A stretch of DNA of 60,087 nt, filler included. It is 4 parts of 4 records of this genome, joined end to end, with 100 filler letters (N's around TTAATTAATTAA, not from the genome) between each part and the next. Parts side by side here need not be neighbours in the genome. Positions count along the whole stretch, not along the records: positions 35,017 to 48,641 come from SRR31156797_713; 3 more parts are not named here. One strand, 5' to 3'. The translations under genes were made by a program, and so were the position numbers. The notes under the pieces were generated by a model. It was not told where the DNA came from, did not search any database, and saw only the letters and a list, made by a program, of their open reading frames with translations. The number at the start of each line of letters is the position of its first letter. The first letter of the stretch is position 1. Of this stretch, positions 38,850 through 47,243 are shown in pieces.

Positions 38850-39425
38850 TTATTTCAGAATTGCAACAAGAATGGCGACGGTAATAGAAACAACCGAAAT
38901 TATAAGAGACGACACATTTATTTTGATACTTGTACGTTCTGTTTTTGTGCTAGGTGTAATTTCTCTTTGTCCTTCCATACAAAAATCTATACACTTTTCG
39001 AAATGTTCCATGCCTTGTTTCTTCTTCGGAACTCTAAGATCGCGTCCTTTATCAAAATGTCTTAAAGCATCGTTTAAAAAATTTTGTGCACGCCCTATCT
39101 CAGAAAAGAAACCGGAATTTTCAATGCGTTCACGTAAATCCGTTAAAAAAACACCAGCTAGGAACTCATATCCATTAACATCGAGATCACTCATATGTTT
39201 TCTGGCATGTATATATTGTTCATCAATTTTGTTCTGGTTTTTTGGATCTCCATTTATTTCTAGCTCAAGAGCGGCTATAATGTGACTCAGGGTGTGCCTA
39301 ACATTTTCGTAATACTTTGCATTCATTGTCACAAAGGCTGTTTTGTTCTCAATGTGATTTTTATTTTTTTCTACCTCCCTATATTCGGCGATTATTTTGG
39401 TCAGCTCTTTGGAATATTCAACCAT
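38850..39425 (-). CDS. Hypothetical helical protein with R-x4-H motif and C-terminal TM
   Basis: AGGAG SD; ENVRHTLSH; hydrophobic C-terminus. Confidence 0.7.
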   Translation of the reverse strand: MVEYSKELTKIIAEYREVEKNKNHIENKTAFVTMNAKYYENVRHTLSHIIAALELEINGDPKNQNKIDEQYIHARKHMSDLDVNGYEFLAGVFLTDLRERIENSGFFSEIGRAQNFLNDALRHFDKGRDLRVPKKKQGMEHFEKCIDFCMEGQREITPSTKTERTSIKINVSSLIISVVSITVAILVAILK

Positions 39426-39441
39426 GCTAGGCTCCTACATG

Positions 39442-39475
39442 AAAAAAGCCGAAAACTGTTTTGTTTTCGGCTTTT
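39442..39475 (-). terminator. Terminator-like hairpin between the 87-aa and 191-aa genes
   Basis: AAAAGCCGAAAAC/GTTTTCGGCTTTT. Confidence 0.65.
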
Positions 39476-39490
39476 GTTTTTGGGGCTTCT

Positions 39491-39754
39491 TTAGGCGAAT
39501 GTATGAATTAATCGTTTAAAGAAACTTGGTTTTTTACGAATATCCTCTTCAGTTATTCTAGAAGGGACTCGACAAAATGAATGTAGGTTTCCTTTTTTTA
39601 AAATGCGACTGCCTTTTGGTATTCGCAAATAAGAGGAAGCCGGATACAAGGATTCATTTTGAAGCGCTATATCAATTTCGAGGAGCTTCCTTTTCCGATC
39701 TTCATTTTTTCTTTTTTCCATTTTTCTTCCTCTGTTTGCATACGAAATCCGCAA
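39491..39754 (-). CDS. Small basic hypothetical protein
   Basis: 87-aa ORF; likely start at the second Met after a GAGG-like SD. Confidence 0.5.
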   Translation of the reverse strand: MRISYANRGRKMEKRKNEDRKRKLLEIDIALQNESLYPASSYLRIPKGSRILKKGNLHSFCRVPSRITEEDIRKKPSFFKRLIHTFA

Positions 39755-39870
39755 CCAATCTTTTAATAGTTTACAAAAAACTTCTCCAGATAACAGACAA
39801 TTGTTTGTTTTGCAAGAATAATTTTAAGAACTAAGCCCAAAATTTTTGAGTAAAAAACACTTTTCCATAT

Positions 39871-40203
39871 TTACTTGAATGGAATAAGCATTTGTTTGTT
39901 TTCATATGAAACTATAAGTTTGGAAAGATCATTGGGAGAAACGTCCCCTACTTTTTTTTCAAGAACATCAAAAGGAACTTTTTCGAAAATGTTCTTTATC
40001 TCTTTGATTTTATAAGAATATTTCTTTAATTCGGAAATCAATTGAAGTTGTGTAACGCTTTCTTCAGAATATAGACACCGGCTGTTTTTCTGTTGATAGG
40101 TTATAAGACCAAGGGTGCGGTATCCATGCACGGTTGCGTCTGCTCCCTTAAATCTTGCTTTTGTTTTAAATTGGCTAAAAGTCAGGTTAAACTTGCTGTT
40201 CAT
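39871..40203 (-). CDS. MerR-like HTH protein
   Basis: TVHGYRTLGLI...RCLYSEESVTQLQLISELKKYSYKIKEIK pattern. Confidence 0.65.
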   Translation of the reverse strand: MNSKFNLTFSQFKTKARFKGADATVHGYRTLGLITYQQKNSRCLYSEESVTQLQLISELKKYSYKIKEIKNIFEKVPFDVLEKKVGDVSPNDLSKLIVSYENKQMLIPFK

Positions 40204-40251
40204 TTTATTTCCAATAAGTTCTCAAATCTTTCATATGTGACTCCTTATAGA

Positions 40252-40281
40252 TAAGCTATCATAGCTTAGAGAAGAAGTCAA
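40252..40281 (-). promoter_or_regulatory. Sigma70 promoter with overlapping palindromic operator
   Basis: Minus strand TTGACT-17-TAGCTT with TG; palindrome TAAGCTATCATAGCTTA over the spacer/-10. Confidence 0.55.
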
Positions 40282-40326
40282 GAATATTTTTTAATTATTT
40301 GAAAGGTTAATCTTAAATTTGCATTT

Positions 40327-40977
40327 TTAAATCAGCCCCTTGTCTTTCAAAATGTTTTTTGCTTCTTGGCCACTGGCCCGCAAATATATAGCGGTTGTGT
40401 TAAGTGAGGAATGCCCCAAAAGATCTTGAACGATTGAAACCGGCACACCGGCCCGCAAAAGTTCAAAGGCCCTTGTGTGTCTTAAAATATGAGGGTGGGC
40501 CAAGTCTTTGGGTATTCCGGCCACTTTTGCTCGATTATAAAAAACCCGTCTGAAATTCCCAGCCGTCATTGAAAAAATCCGCCCTTTCATTTCCGGAAAA
40601 TGTCCCCAATAGGTGGCAATTTCCGAAGTAACATTCAAGGGAACCGGAACAATCCGGATAGGATTCTTTTTTCTTTTGAGCGTTAAAATTTTAATCTCCC
40701 CTGCCCGGGTGTCCACGTCTTGAATGTCGTCAAGCCCTTTATTTTTTTTATCTTCTGTTCCGATCACTTCCCCCAACCGGCAACCAGTGAAAAGAAGAAT
40801 TAAAAAAATTAGCCAGTGCCTCCCCCGGATTCTTCTTTTCTTTTCGCTCCCCGCTTCATCATACCAGCTTAAAAAACAGTCCGTCAGTTTCTTTATTTGA
40901 TCCGGTGTAAGATGAGCCAGGCCCGCCCCTGGGGAATTAACCAGGCTGTTTGATTTTTGGATAATTTCTCTTTTCAT
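40327..40977 (-). CDS. Minimal tyrosine recombinase (probable multimer resolvase)
   Basis: Catalytic R (TGCRLGE), K (TLKR), HILRH, LLGH, Y (TTAIY); 216 aa with little N-terminal domain. Confidence 0.88.
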   Translation of the reverse strand: MKREIIQKSNSLVNSPGAGLAHLTPDQIKKLTDCFLSWYDEAGSEKKRRIRGRHWLIFLILLFTGCRLGEVIGTEDKKNKGLDDIQDVDTRAGEIKILTLKRKKNPIRIVPVPLNVTSEIATYWGHFPEMKGRIFSMTAGNFRRVFYNRAKVAGIPKDLAHPHILRHTRAFELLRAGVPVSIVQDLLGHSSLNTTAIYLRASGQEAKNILKDKGLI

Positions 40978-41070
40978 TTTTTATCGTTTTCTTTTAGGTT
41001 TTCGATAATATTATACCACGAAACTATCCAAAATCTAAAATTTTGAGCTGGTTTTTCCCTTAAAAATAAA

Positions 41071-41106
41071 AAAAATTATCGAAAATATGAGTTTTCGATA
41101 ATTTTT
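41071..41106. promoter_or_regulatory. Candidate tyrosine-recombinase crossover site
   Basis: AAAAATTATCGAAAA-TATGAG-TTTTCGATAATTTTT (15-6-15); degenerate copy at 40981-41009. Confidence 0.7.
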
Positions 41107-41359
41107 AAAAGCTGTTATTTTTCTTTATCTCTCTTTGTCTTTCCCTCTCCGCTTGTTTGGCGTTCATAACCCCTCTTAGCCATTCAATCGTTGTGGGGTT
41201 TTCTTCCATCCAATCTGCATAATCCTGTAAGGCTTTTTCGAGGTTTGGAATAGCGTCTGGATTGTCTTTAATAAATTGTTCATACTCTTTTTTTCTTCTG
41301 GCTCTGTCTCTCTCATGCCATTCAGCGTTAAACATTTCAGAATATTTTAGCTGTCCCAT
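41105..41359 (-). CDS. Hypothetical protein
   Basis: 84-aa ORF with GGGGG-type SD, in a co-oriented minus-strand cluster. Confidence 0.6.
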   Translation of the reverse strand: MGQLKYSEMFNAEWHERDRARRKKEYEQFIKDNPDAIPNLEKALQDYADWMEENPTTIEWLRGVMNAKQAERERQREIKKNNSF

Positions 41360-41382
41360 TTTCCGCCCCCGTCTTTATTTTC

Positions 41383-41904
41383 TCAAATTTTTTTGTAATC
41401 AAGCAACGGATGATATTTAATATTACCCCTTGCCTCTGAAAACAAACTCCAAAAATTCTTTTTCTTTTTATCAAATTTTTCATCTCCGATTATTATAAAA
41501 TCAAGAAATTTGAGATTCAATCGGCAAGATATATCCTGTAACTCTTTAATTAAAATATCGTCGCTTTTAGACGGTTTACAAGAACCGCTTGGGTGATTGT
41601 GTACCACAATAAAAGAATGTGCGTCTGACATAAGGATAGGTTTGAAAAGTCTTTTAGTGTTGATTTCCACCTCTGCCGTATCTCCAAGAGCAACAACATC
41701 AAAAAACTTGATAATTAATTTTTCGTCTAAACATACACACACGCAAGTTTCAACGGCTTCGCTTTTCATTGCTAAAAAAGTTTTTCCGACTTCTTCGGGA
41801 TATTCTAAAGGTTTATTGTCCAACAAATTTGGATATTCCCCGTCTTCAAGTATCAGCTTGACTTTTTTTAGATATTTCTTTTTGTTGTTATTCCTTTTTT
41901 GCAT
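41383..41904 (-). CDS. RadC-like JAB/MPN domain protein
   Basis: E...VHNHPSG...PSKSD...FLDFIII. Confidence 0.88.
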   Translation of the reverse strand: MQKRNNNKKKYLKKVKLILEDGEYPNLLDNKPLEYPEEVGKTFLAMKSEAVETCVCVCLDEKLIIKFFDVVALGDTAEVEINTKRLFKPILMSDAHSFIVVHNHPSGSCKPSKSDDILIKELQDISCRLNLKFLDFIIIGDEKFDKKKKNFWSLFSEARGNIKYHPLLDYKKI

Positions 41905-41907
41905 CTT

Positions 41908-42225
41908 TTAAGCTCTTTGTTTTTCTAATAAGCCTATTCTGTTTTCCAACACTTCACTATATCTATTCTGTCTTCCAATTTCGTTTATAATATCTTTCTG
42001 ACCTTCTTCCAATTTCGAAACACCACTTTCTAATTTTGAAAAGCCTGTTTCTAATTTAGAAACTCGTTTTTTAATATCTTCTTGACCAGATTTTAAATCC
42101 TTTTGCCCGTCTTCTAATTTTGAAAGTCTTTTGTCCACCTCGTCGAATCTTTTTCCTACATCATCAAAACCTTTTCCAATCTCGAAAACCAAATCATCGA
42201 ATGTTAATTTTTTCTTTTTTGCCAT
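41908..42225 (-). CDS. Heptad-repeat coiled-coil protein
   Basis: Repeated SKLExG heptads. Confidence 0.7.
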   Translation of the reverse strand: MAKKKKLTFDDLVFEIGKGFDDVGKRFDEVDKRLSKLEDGQKDLKSGQEDIKKRVSKLETGFSKLESGVSKLEEGQKDIINEIGRQNRYSEVLENRIGLLEKQRA

Positions 42226-42357
42226 TTTGTTATTTTAAAAATTATAAAATCTATTTTTTAAATTGTGATTTTCCAAAATTCAAATCTTGGATCGATCATT
42301 TATTTTCTCGATCCCAAGATTTGAATTTTGGTTTAATTATTTTCCATTTTTTAAGAA

Positions 42358-42564
42358 TTAATAAACAAAAAGCCTTTTTGCTTTTTTTTGACAATCTGGA
42401 TTATCAGCACAACACCAACACTTGTGACCAAAACGTGTTTCTTCTTGATGATTATCAAAACAAATAATTTTTTGCATAAATTTTTCAAACCTGACCCGCC
42501 CACAAATAGAACATTTGTGGCGTTTGTCGACTATGGCCATAGTCGACATTTTTTTAGACTTCAT
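42358..42564 (-). CDS. Small Cys-rich (zinc-finger-like) protein
   Basis: CSICG...CWCCADNPDC. Confidence 0.5.
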   Translation of the reverse strand: MKSKKMSTMAIVDKRHKCSICGRVRFEKFMQKIICFDNHQEETRFGHKCWCCADNPDCQKKAKRLFVY

Positions 42565-42876
42565 TTGATTAAAAAATAATACCCTCTTCCCTTTCAGCCT
42601 ACCACCACCCGCCTACCTGTCAAGACGGCCATGGGCATGGCCACCCGCAGAAAAAGAAAAAGGGTAAACTCAATACTGAGCCTACCCTATTTTCCCCTCT
42701 TATTTGTATTGTAACATGTTGAAAATTTAAAGCAAACTATGACTGACGGAATACCACCCGTTTTTATATCGGCCATTATACCTGCCACCCATAAGGTAAT
42801 TATTAATTTCTTGCCAAAGCAGACACTAATTTATTAAAGAATAAATCCTCTCCCCTTTCGATGAGGTCGGTATAGA

Positions 42877-43758
42877 ATGAACCTACACAACGACGACCTG
42901 CTTTTGCTTTTCAACATTCAAAAATATTCATATCTCACCATTAACCAATCTGTCAGAGCCCTAAATAATGGCCGAAAATATCAAGCCGTGGCCCGCCGAC
43001 TTCGGGCCATGAATGAAAAAGGCTACTTATCTTTTTTCGGCCATACGAAAGTGGGCTTTGCCAATGTTCCAAAGGTCTACCACATCACCCGAAAAGGCTT
43101 TGGTGCTTTAGAAGATAATTTTTTGTATGAACAGATCGGAGACTTCCGTCAAAAGTCCCCGCCGAAATGGACGGCCAAAACTCAACACCGCCTAGCCTTG
43201 ATCGATGTTTTAATTTCTCTTGAAAACGGTTTGGCCAGCTTTGACCACTTGGAACTGATCAAAGTGGCCACGGAGTACCGCTTTATAAAAAGCGGAAAAT
43301 ACACCACGGCCGAAACAACCGATTACATCAGCGAAGACCGCACCAAGGAAAATAAGATCGTTCCGGACGGTGCTTTTATCTTGCACAGCCGGCGAACCGA
43401 CGCCCGAATTTTATTTTTCATCGAGATCGATATGGGAACGGAAAACATCACGGCCCGGGTGGCCACATCTTCCAATTTTCCCCTACTCCTGAAATTTCAA
43501 AAGTACGATCACTATCTAGCAAACAAAACATACGCCCGAAAATATCAACAATTCGGACGGTTTGATTACTTTATCATGCTTTTCATAACCACCACGGCCA
43601 AACGTATATCAAACGTGAAAAAAGTCCTTCCCGTATTGCCTGAGAAGCTCAATAAACATTACCGCTTTAACACTTTTTCCGAGGTATCGAGGAACTTTCT
43701 AAATGAGAACTGGCAGACCAGACAGCCAAACAACTCCAAGGGTTTCAAACTTTTTTAA
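42877..43758 (+). CDS. Replication-relaxation (Replic_Relax / MOBL-like) protein 2
   Basis: wHTH (RRLRAMNEKGYL, PKVYHITRKG), QHRLAL, IVPDGAF, FIEIDMGTE, KFQKY. Confidence 0.8.
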   Translation: MNLHNDDLLLLFNIQKYSYLTINQSVRALNNGRKYQAVARRLRAMNEKGYLSFFGHTKVGFANVPKVYHITRKGFGALEDNFLYEQIGDFRQKSPPKWTAKTQHRLALIDVLISLENGLASFDHLELIKVATEYRFIKSGKYTTAETTDYISEDRTKENKIVPDGAFILHSRRTDARILFFIEIDMGTENITARVATSSNFPLLLKFQKYDHYLANKTYARKYQQFGRFDYFIMLFITTTAKRISNVKKVLPVLPEKLNKHYRFNTFSEVSRNFLNENWQTRQPNNSKGFKLF

Positions 43759-43783
43759 AAACCAAGAAAGGGGAAGAAATTAA

Positions 43784-44179
43784 ATGAAAGTATCAATTAG
43801 GAAAGACCAAGCTAAAAAGTTAATCGGTGGTGTCAGTTTTGAAATGTATGTTGAAGTTCAATTAACCTCACAAGAGCGAGACCTTGTAAAAAGATACAAG
43901 GTATACAACGAAGCCCTTTATTTCAGAGAAACCGCAATCAAAACCATTGCCAAAATTACTATTGAAAGCCTGCTTGACGGTGTCAGTTTTAAGTGCAAAA
44001 ACATTGCCGAAATTATCGAACACGAGGAAGCCATTAAAGAGGCTTGCGAGAATTTTTACAATTACATTCAAGTGATGAAAGAATTTGGAGGGGAAGAAAT
44101 TTTAGAGTTTCCACCATCCGAAAAGCCCGCAGTAAATCAACCAGAACCTTACCAAGACGGTGATCGATTGGTTATTTAG
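43784..44179 (+). CDS. Hypothetical protein in the relaxase-VirD4 operon
   Basis: 131-aa ORF with SD, between relaxase 2 and the ATPase. Confidence 0.7.
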   Translation: MKVSIRKDQAKKLIGGVSFEMYVEVQLTSQERDLVKRYKVYNEALYFRETAIKTIAKITIESLLDGVSFKCKNIAEIIEHEEAIKEACENFYNYIQVMKEFGGEEILEFPPSEKPAVNQPEPYQDGDRLVI

Positions 44180-44203
44180 CAACCTCAACCTATTGGGGAG
44201 ACT

Positions 44204-46465
44204 ATGACAATATATGTTATTACTTTCGTAGGCACTTTTATTCTCGCCTTTTTTGCGGTTGCCGGTTCTCGGGAACTTGCAGACTCCTCTAAATGGTTAA
44301 TTATGTTCGGTTCTTCTTTTGCGACAGTCGGAGTCCTTTATTTTCTCCGACATAAAACAGTCAAGGAGGGAGACCAAAACGAACTTGAAAGGCTTTTTAA
44401 AAAATTACAAAAGCAAGCCGAGGAATTAAAACACAAACACGACGAAAGAGACTTATCACCTGTAATCACAAGTCAAATCATTCCTAAATCCGCCCCTGAC
44501 AAATTACGTGAAGCGGTTGACCTGGCCGTGTTGACTGTTTTGGTTGATGAATATTTTTTTGAATTGCCTGAAATCGATTTTTCCAAGAGATTGATTTTTA
44601 CCGAGATTCTAAGATTCAAAAAAATCCTACTGGAAAAGGAAAAGATTTTTGCTGATTTTGACGGCTTTGTGAAGAATGAATTAACTTCCGAAATAAGACG
44701 AATGTTCGGGCCTTTTTTAAGGCCCGTCCGTTCTTTTACTTCAACTGATGACCCGATCCCTTTTACAACTTCATTCCTTGGAAACATCAACCCTCTCTCC
44801 CCTGCTATTGATGAGCTGGTGAAAATTTCGCAAGAATTTTATGACAGGAGTGAGTATGAAGATGAAAAACTAGACCCCCTTTTTTTTCTTAAATATCAAA
44901 TTGATAAAAATTTTCAAGAAGCGGAGGAAGTCCACCCGAGCGACCGCAAAAACGCCAATTTATCAAAAGACGCACTGATTGAAAAATATCTGAGCCTAAC
45001 CCCTTTCCCCCATTTCCTTGATGAAGAACTGCCCTTTTCTCTGCCCTATGAGAAAAAATTTGAGCATATACACATCCTAGCCGGAACCGGCCATGGTAAG
45101 ACTCAACTTTTGCAAAGTCTCATCTTTAACGACATTGCTAGGGCCTATGACGGCGATTGTGGTTTGTGTTTGATTGACAGCCAGGGGGATCTATTCAACC
45201 TATTTAAAAAACTTCATTGGTTTTCACCGGACGGGCCGTTTAGGAGTCGAAACAACCCGCTAAGTGATCGGCTGGTTTTAATCGATCCGGAGGACACCCA
45301 ATACCCGGTATGCCTGAATATGTTTGATATCCCCCTCAAAAGCGACCAGCTACAAAACGAAATGCTTTTAAATTCGACCGTCTCTCTTTATCAGTATATT
45401 TTTTCCGAACTGGTCGAGGGAAAATTGACCATGTATCAAGAGAATGTTTTTCAGAACTGCACCCGACTTTTATTAACCATTCCCGGGGCCGACATTTCCC
45501 ATTTCTTCGACCTGCTCAACTATCCGGACAAATACCGGCACTATTTTAAAAACCTAGACTCAACAACCAGAGAATTTTTTGAAAAAGAATTTAAAACCGA
45601 CATCTATAAGGGCACTAAAGAACAGATCCGGGCCAGACTTCGACGGGTTTTGACAAATACGACTTTCCGAAGAATGTTTGTCAATCGAGAAAACAAGGTG
45701 GACATGCTGGAAGCCATGAACCAAGGCAAGATTGTTTTGATCAATACCTCAAAAATGCTCCTGCAGACTGACGGCGCTAAGATGTTGGGTAAATTTTTTA
45801 TAGTCCTGATCCTGCAAAGTGTTTTTCAGCGAGCCCACCTCCCCGAGAACCAACGGAAACCCTTTTTTGTGTATATCGATGAAGCACAAGACTATTTAAA
45901 CGAGGCGTTGACCACCTTTTTCGAGCAAGCGAGAAAGTACCGCACGGGCCTTGTGATCGCCCACCAATACATCAAACAACTGGACAGCATATCAACCGCC
46001 CTACGCCATAGCGTGCTGGCCAACACGTCAATAAAGCTGGTTGGGAACACCACTCCGGACGACGCCCGAGTTATGGCCGAGCGGTTGAAATGCAACACTG
46101 ACGAGATCCTTTCCCTAAGAAAAAGAGACCGCCAAGAAAGCGAATTTTTGTGCTTTATAAAGGACGTGACCATTGGAGGGGCGGTAAAAGTTAAAGTGCC
46201 CCTGGGCGCTGTTAATGAAAAGGGCCAAATGCCGGAAAATGAATACTCTTCCCTTTTGGCCTCGATCCGTCAAAAATATTGTATCTCAACTGAAGAAAGA
46301 AAACGTCAACGACAAAGGCCGGCGCCGGCCTGGCCACAACCGGAAGAAAAGCCGGCCAAGGGATCCGGAACCAAAAAATTTAAACGGCCCCGAAAGGAAA
46401 AACAACCAATCCCCGACCCGCCCGAACCAAATTTTGATGATATCGGCGGAATCGAAGACCTTTAA
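44204..46465 (+). CDS. VirD4/TraD-like coupling ATPase (HerA/FtsK superfamily)
   Basis: Two N-terminal TMs; Walker A GTGHGKT; LIDSQGD; Walker B VYIDEAQ; QARKYRTGLVIAHQY. Confidence 0.85.
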   Translation: MTIYVITFVGTFILAFFAVAGSRELADSSKWLIMFGSSFATVGVLYFLRHKTVKEGDQNELERLFKKLQKQAEELKHKHDERDLSPVITSQIIPKSAPDKLREAVDLAVLTVLVDEYFFELPEIDFSKRLIFTEILRFKKILLEKEKIFADFDGFVKNELTSEIRRMFGPFLRPVRSFTSTDDPIPFTTSFLGNINPLSPAIDELVKISQEFYDRSEYEDEKLDPLFFLKYQIDKNFQEAEEVHPSDRKNANLSKDALIEKYLSLTPFPHFLDEELPFSLPYEKKFEHIHILAGTGHGKTQLLQSLIFNDIARAYDGDCGLCLIDSQGDLFNLFKKLHWFSPDGPFRSRNNPLSDRLVLIDPEDTQYPVCLNMFDIPLKSDQLQNEMLLNSTVSLYQYIFSELVEGKLTMYQENVFQNCTRLLLTIPGADISHFFDLLNYPDKYRHYFKNLDSTTREFFEKEFKTDIYKGTKEQIRARLRRVLTNTTFRRMFVNRENKVDMLEAMNQGKIVLINTSKMLLQTDGAKMLGKFFIVLILQSVFQRAHLPENQRKPFFVYIDEAQDYLNEALTTFFEQARKYRTGLVIAHQYIKQLDSISTALRHSVLANTSIKLVGNTTPDDARVMAERLKCNTDEILSLRKRDRQESEFLCFIKDVTIGGAVKVKVPLGAVNEKGQMPENEYSSLLASIRQKYCISTEERKRQRQRPAPAWPQPEEKPAKGSGTKKFKRPRKEKQPIPDPPEPNFDDIGGIEDL

Positions 46466-46469
46466 AAGT

Positions 46470-46498
46470 TTGACAAAAAAAATCGTTCAGTTTATGCT
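46470..46498 (+). promoter_or_regulatory. Sigma70 promoter
   Basis: TTGACA-17-TATGCT upstream of the 46578 ORF. Confidence 0.7.
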
Positions 46499-46577
46499 TT
46501 TAATAGTTTAATCCCCTGTTTGGTATAGGTTTGCTATACCCCTTTACATACACCACTTAAACCATTAAAACACTAAA

Positions 46578-47243
46578 ATGAGCAGTGATATAGGCATCAA
46601 AGAGCTTTCACAAAGAACCAGTTTAAACACTTCGTTTATTCGCAAGTGTTTAAACCACTTAAAGCCAATTTTTGAACCTCACCTTAAAAGGGGAGACTCC
46701 AATAGTATCCTTTTTGATAATAACGCCGTTGCGATTTTCGACCAAATTAAAGGGTATAAGGAGAATGACTATAATCTTCCGCAGATAAAAAAACTTTTGG
46801 AAAAGTCCTTAAATTCTTCTAATCAAGAAGGGGAGAAACCCACACAAACCAGTAGGGCAAACCCCAACCAAACCACCAACCAAACCAGTCAAACCCAAAA
46901 TTTAGATTTTCAAACATTCCTTGACAGACTTGAAAAAAACCAAGAGGCCCGCCTTAACGATCACAAGAAACACGAACAGGAATTAAAAGACCACCGCGAG
47001 ACAATGAGACAGTTAGAAAACCTAAAAGGGGAAATGAAGCTATTAACCCAGGGGAGAACCCCGGAGGAAATAAAAGGGGAATGGGAAAACCGGCAAAAAG
47101 CAAAAGTGGAGATTGCCAAAATCGTAACGGAATTAAAAAAAACGAGCCTTTTACGCCCGTTTAAAAGAAGGAAACTTTTGGCCCAACTGGAAAGCCTACT
47201 GGATGATGAAAAGGGGAGAGGTACGGAAGGAAAAGGGGATTAA
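46578..47243 (+). CDS. HTH + coiled-coil protein convergent with rep (candidate partition/stability factor)
   Basis: MerR-like N-terminus (IKELSQRT...), Q/T/N linker, long coiled coil. Confidence 0.65.
   Translation: MSSDIGIKELSQRTSLNTSFIRKCLNHLKPIFEPHLKRGDSNSILFDNNAVAIFDQIKGYKENDYNLPQIKKLLEKSLNSSNQEGEKPTQTSRANPNQTTNQTSQTQNLDFQTFLDRLEKNQEARLNDHKKHEQELKDHRETMRQLENLKGEMKLLTQGRTPEEIKGEWENRQKAKVEIAKIVTELKKTSLLRPFKRRKLLAQLESLLDDEKGRGTEGKGD

Noticed and set aside
37926-39425. MTase plus convergent ORF as a type II restriction-modification system
   Set aside because: The 191-aa protein is helical with a TM and has no recognisable PD-(D/E)XK or HNH motif
41990-42135. Near-tandem 21-bp DNA repeats
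   Set aside because: They encode coiled-coil heptads (SKLExG); not an array or iterons
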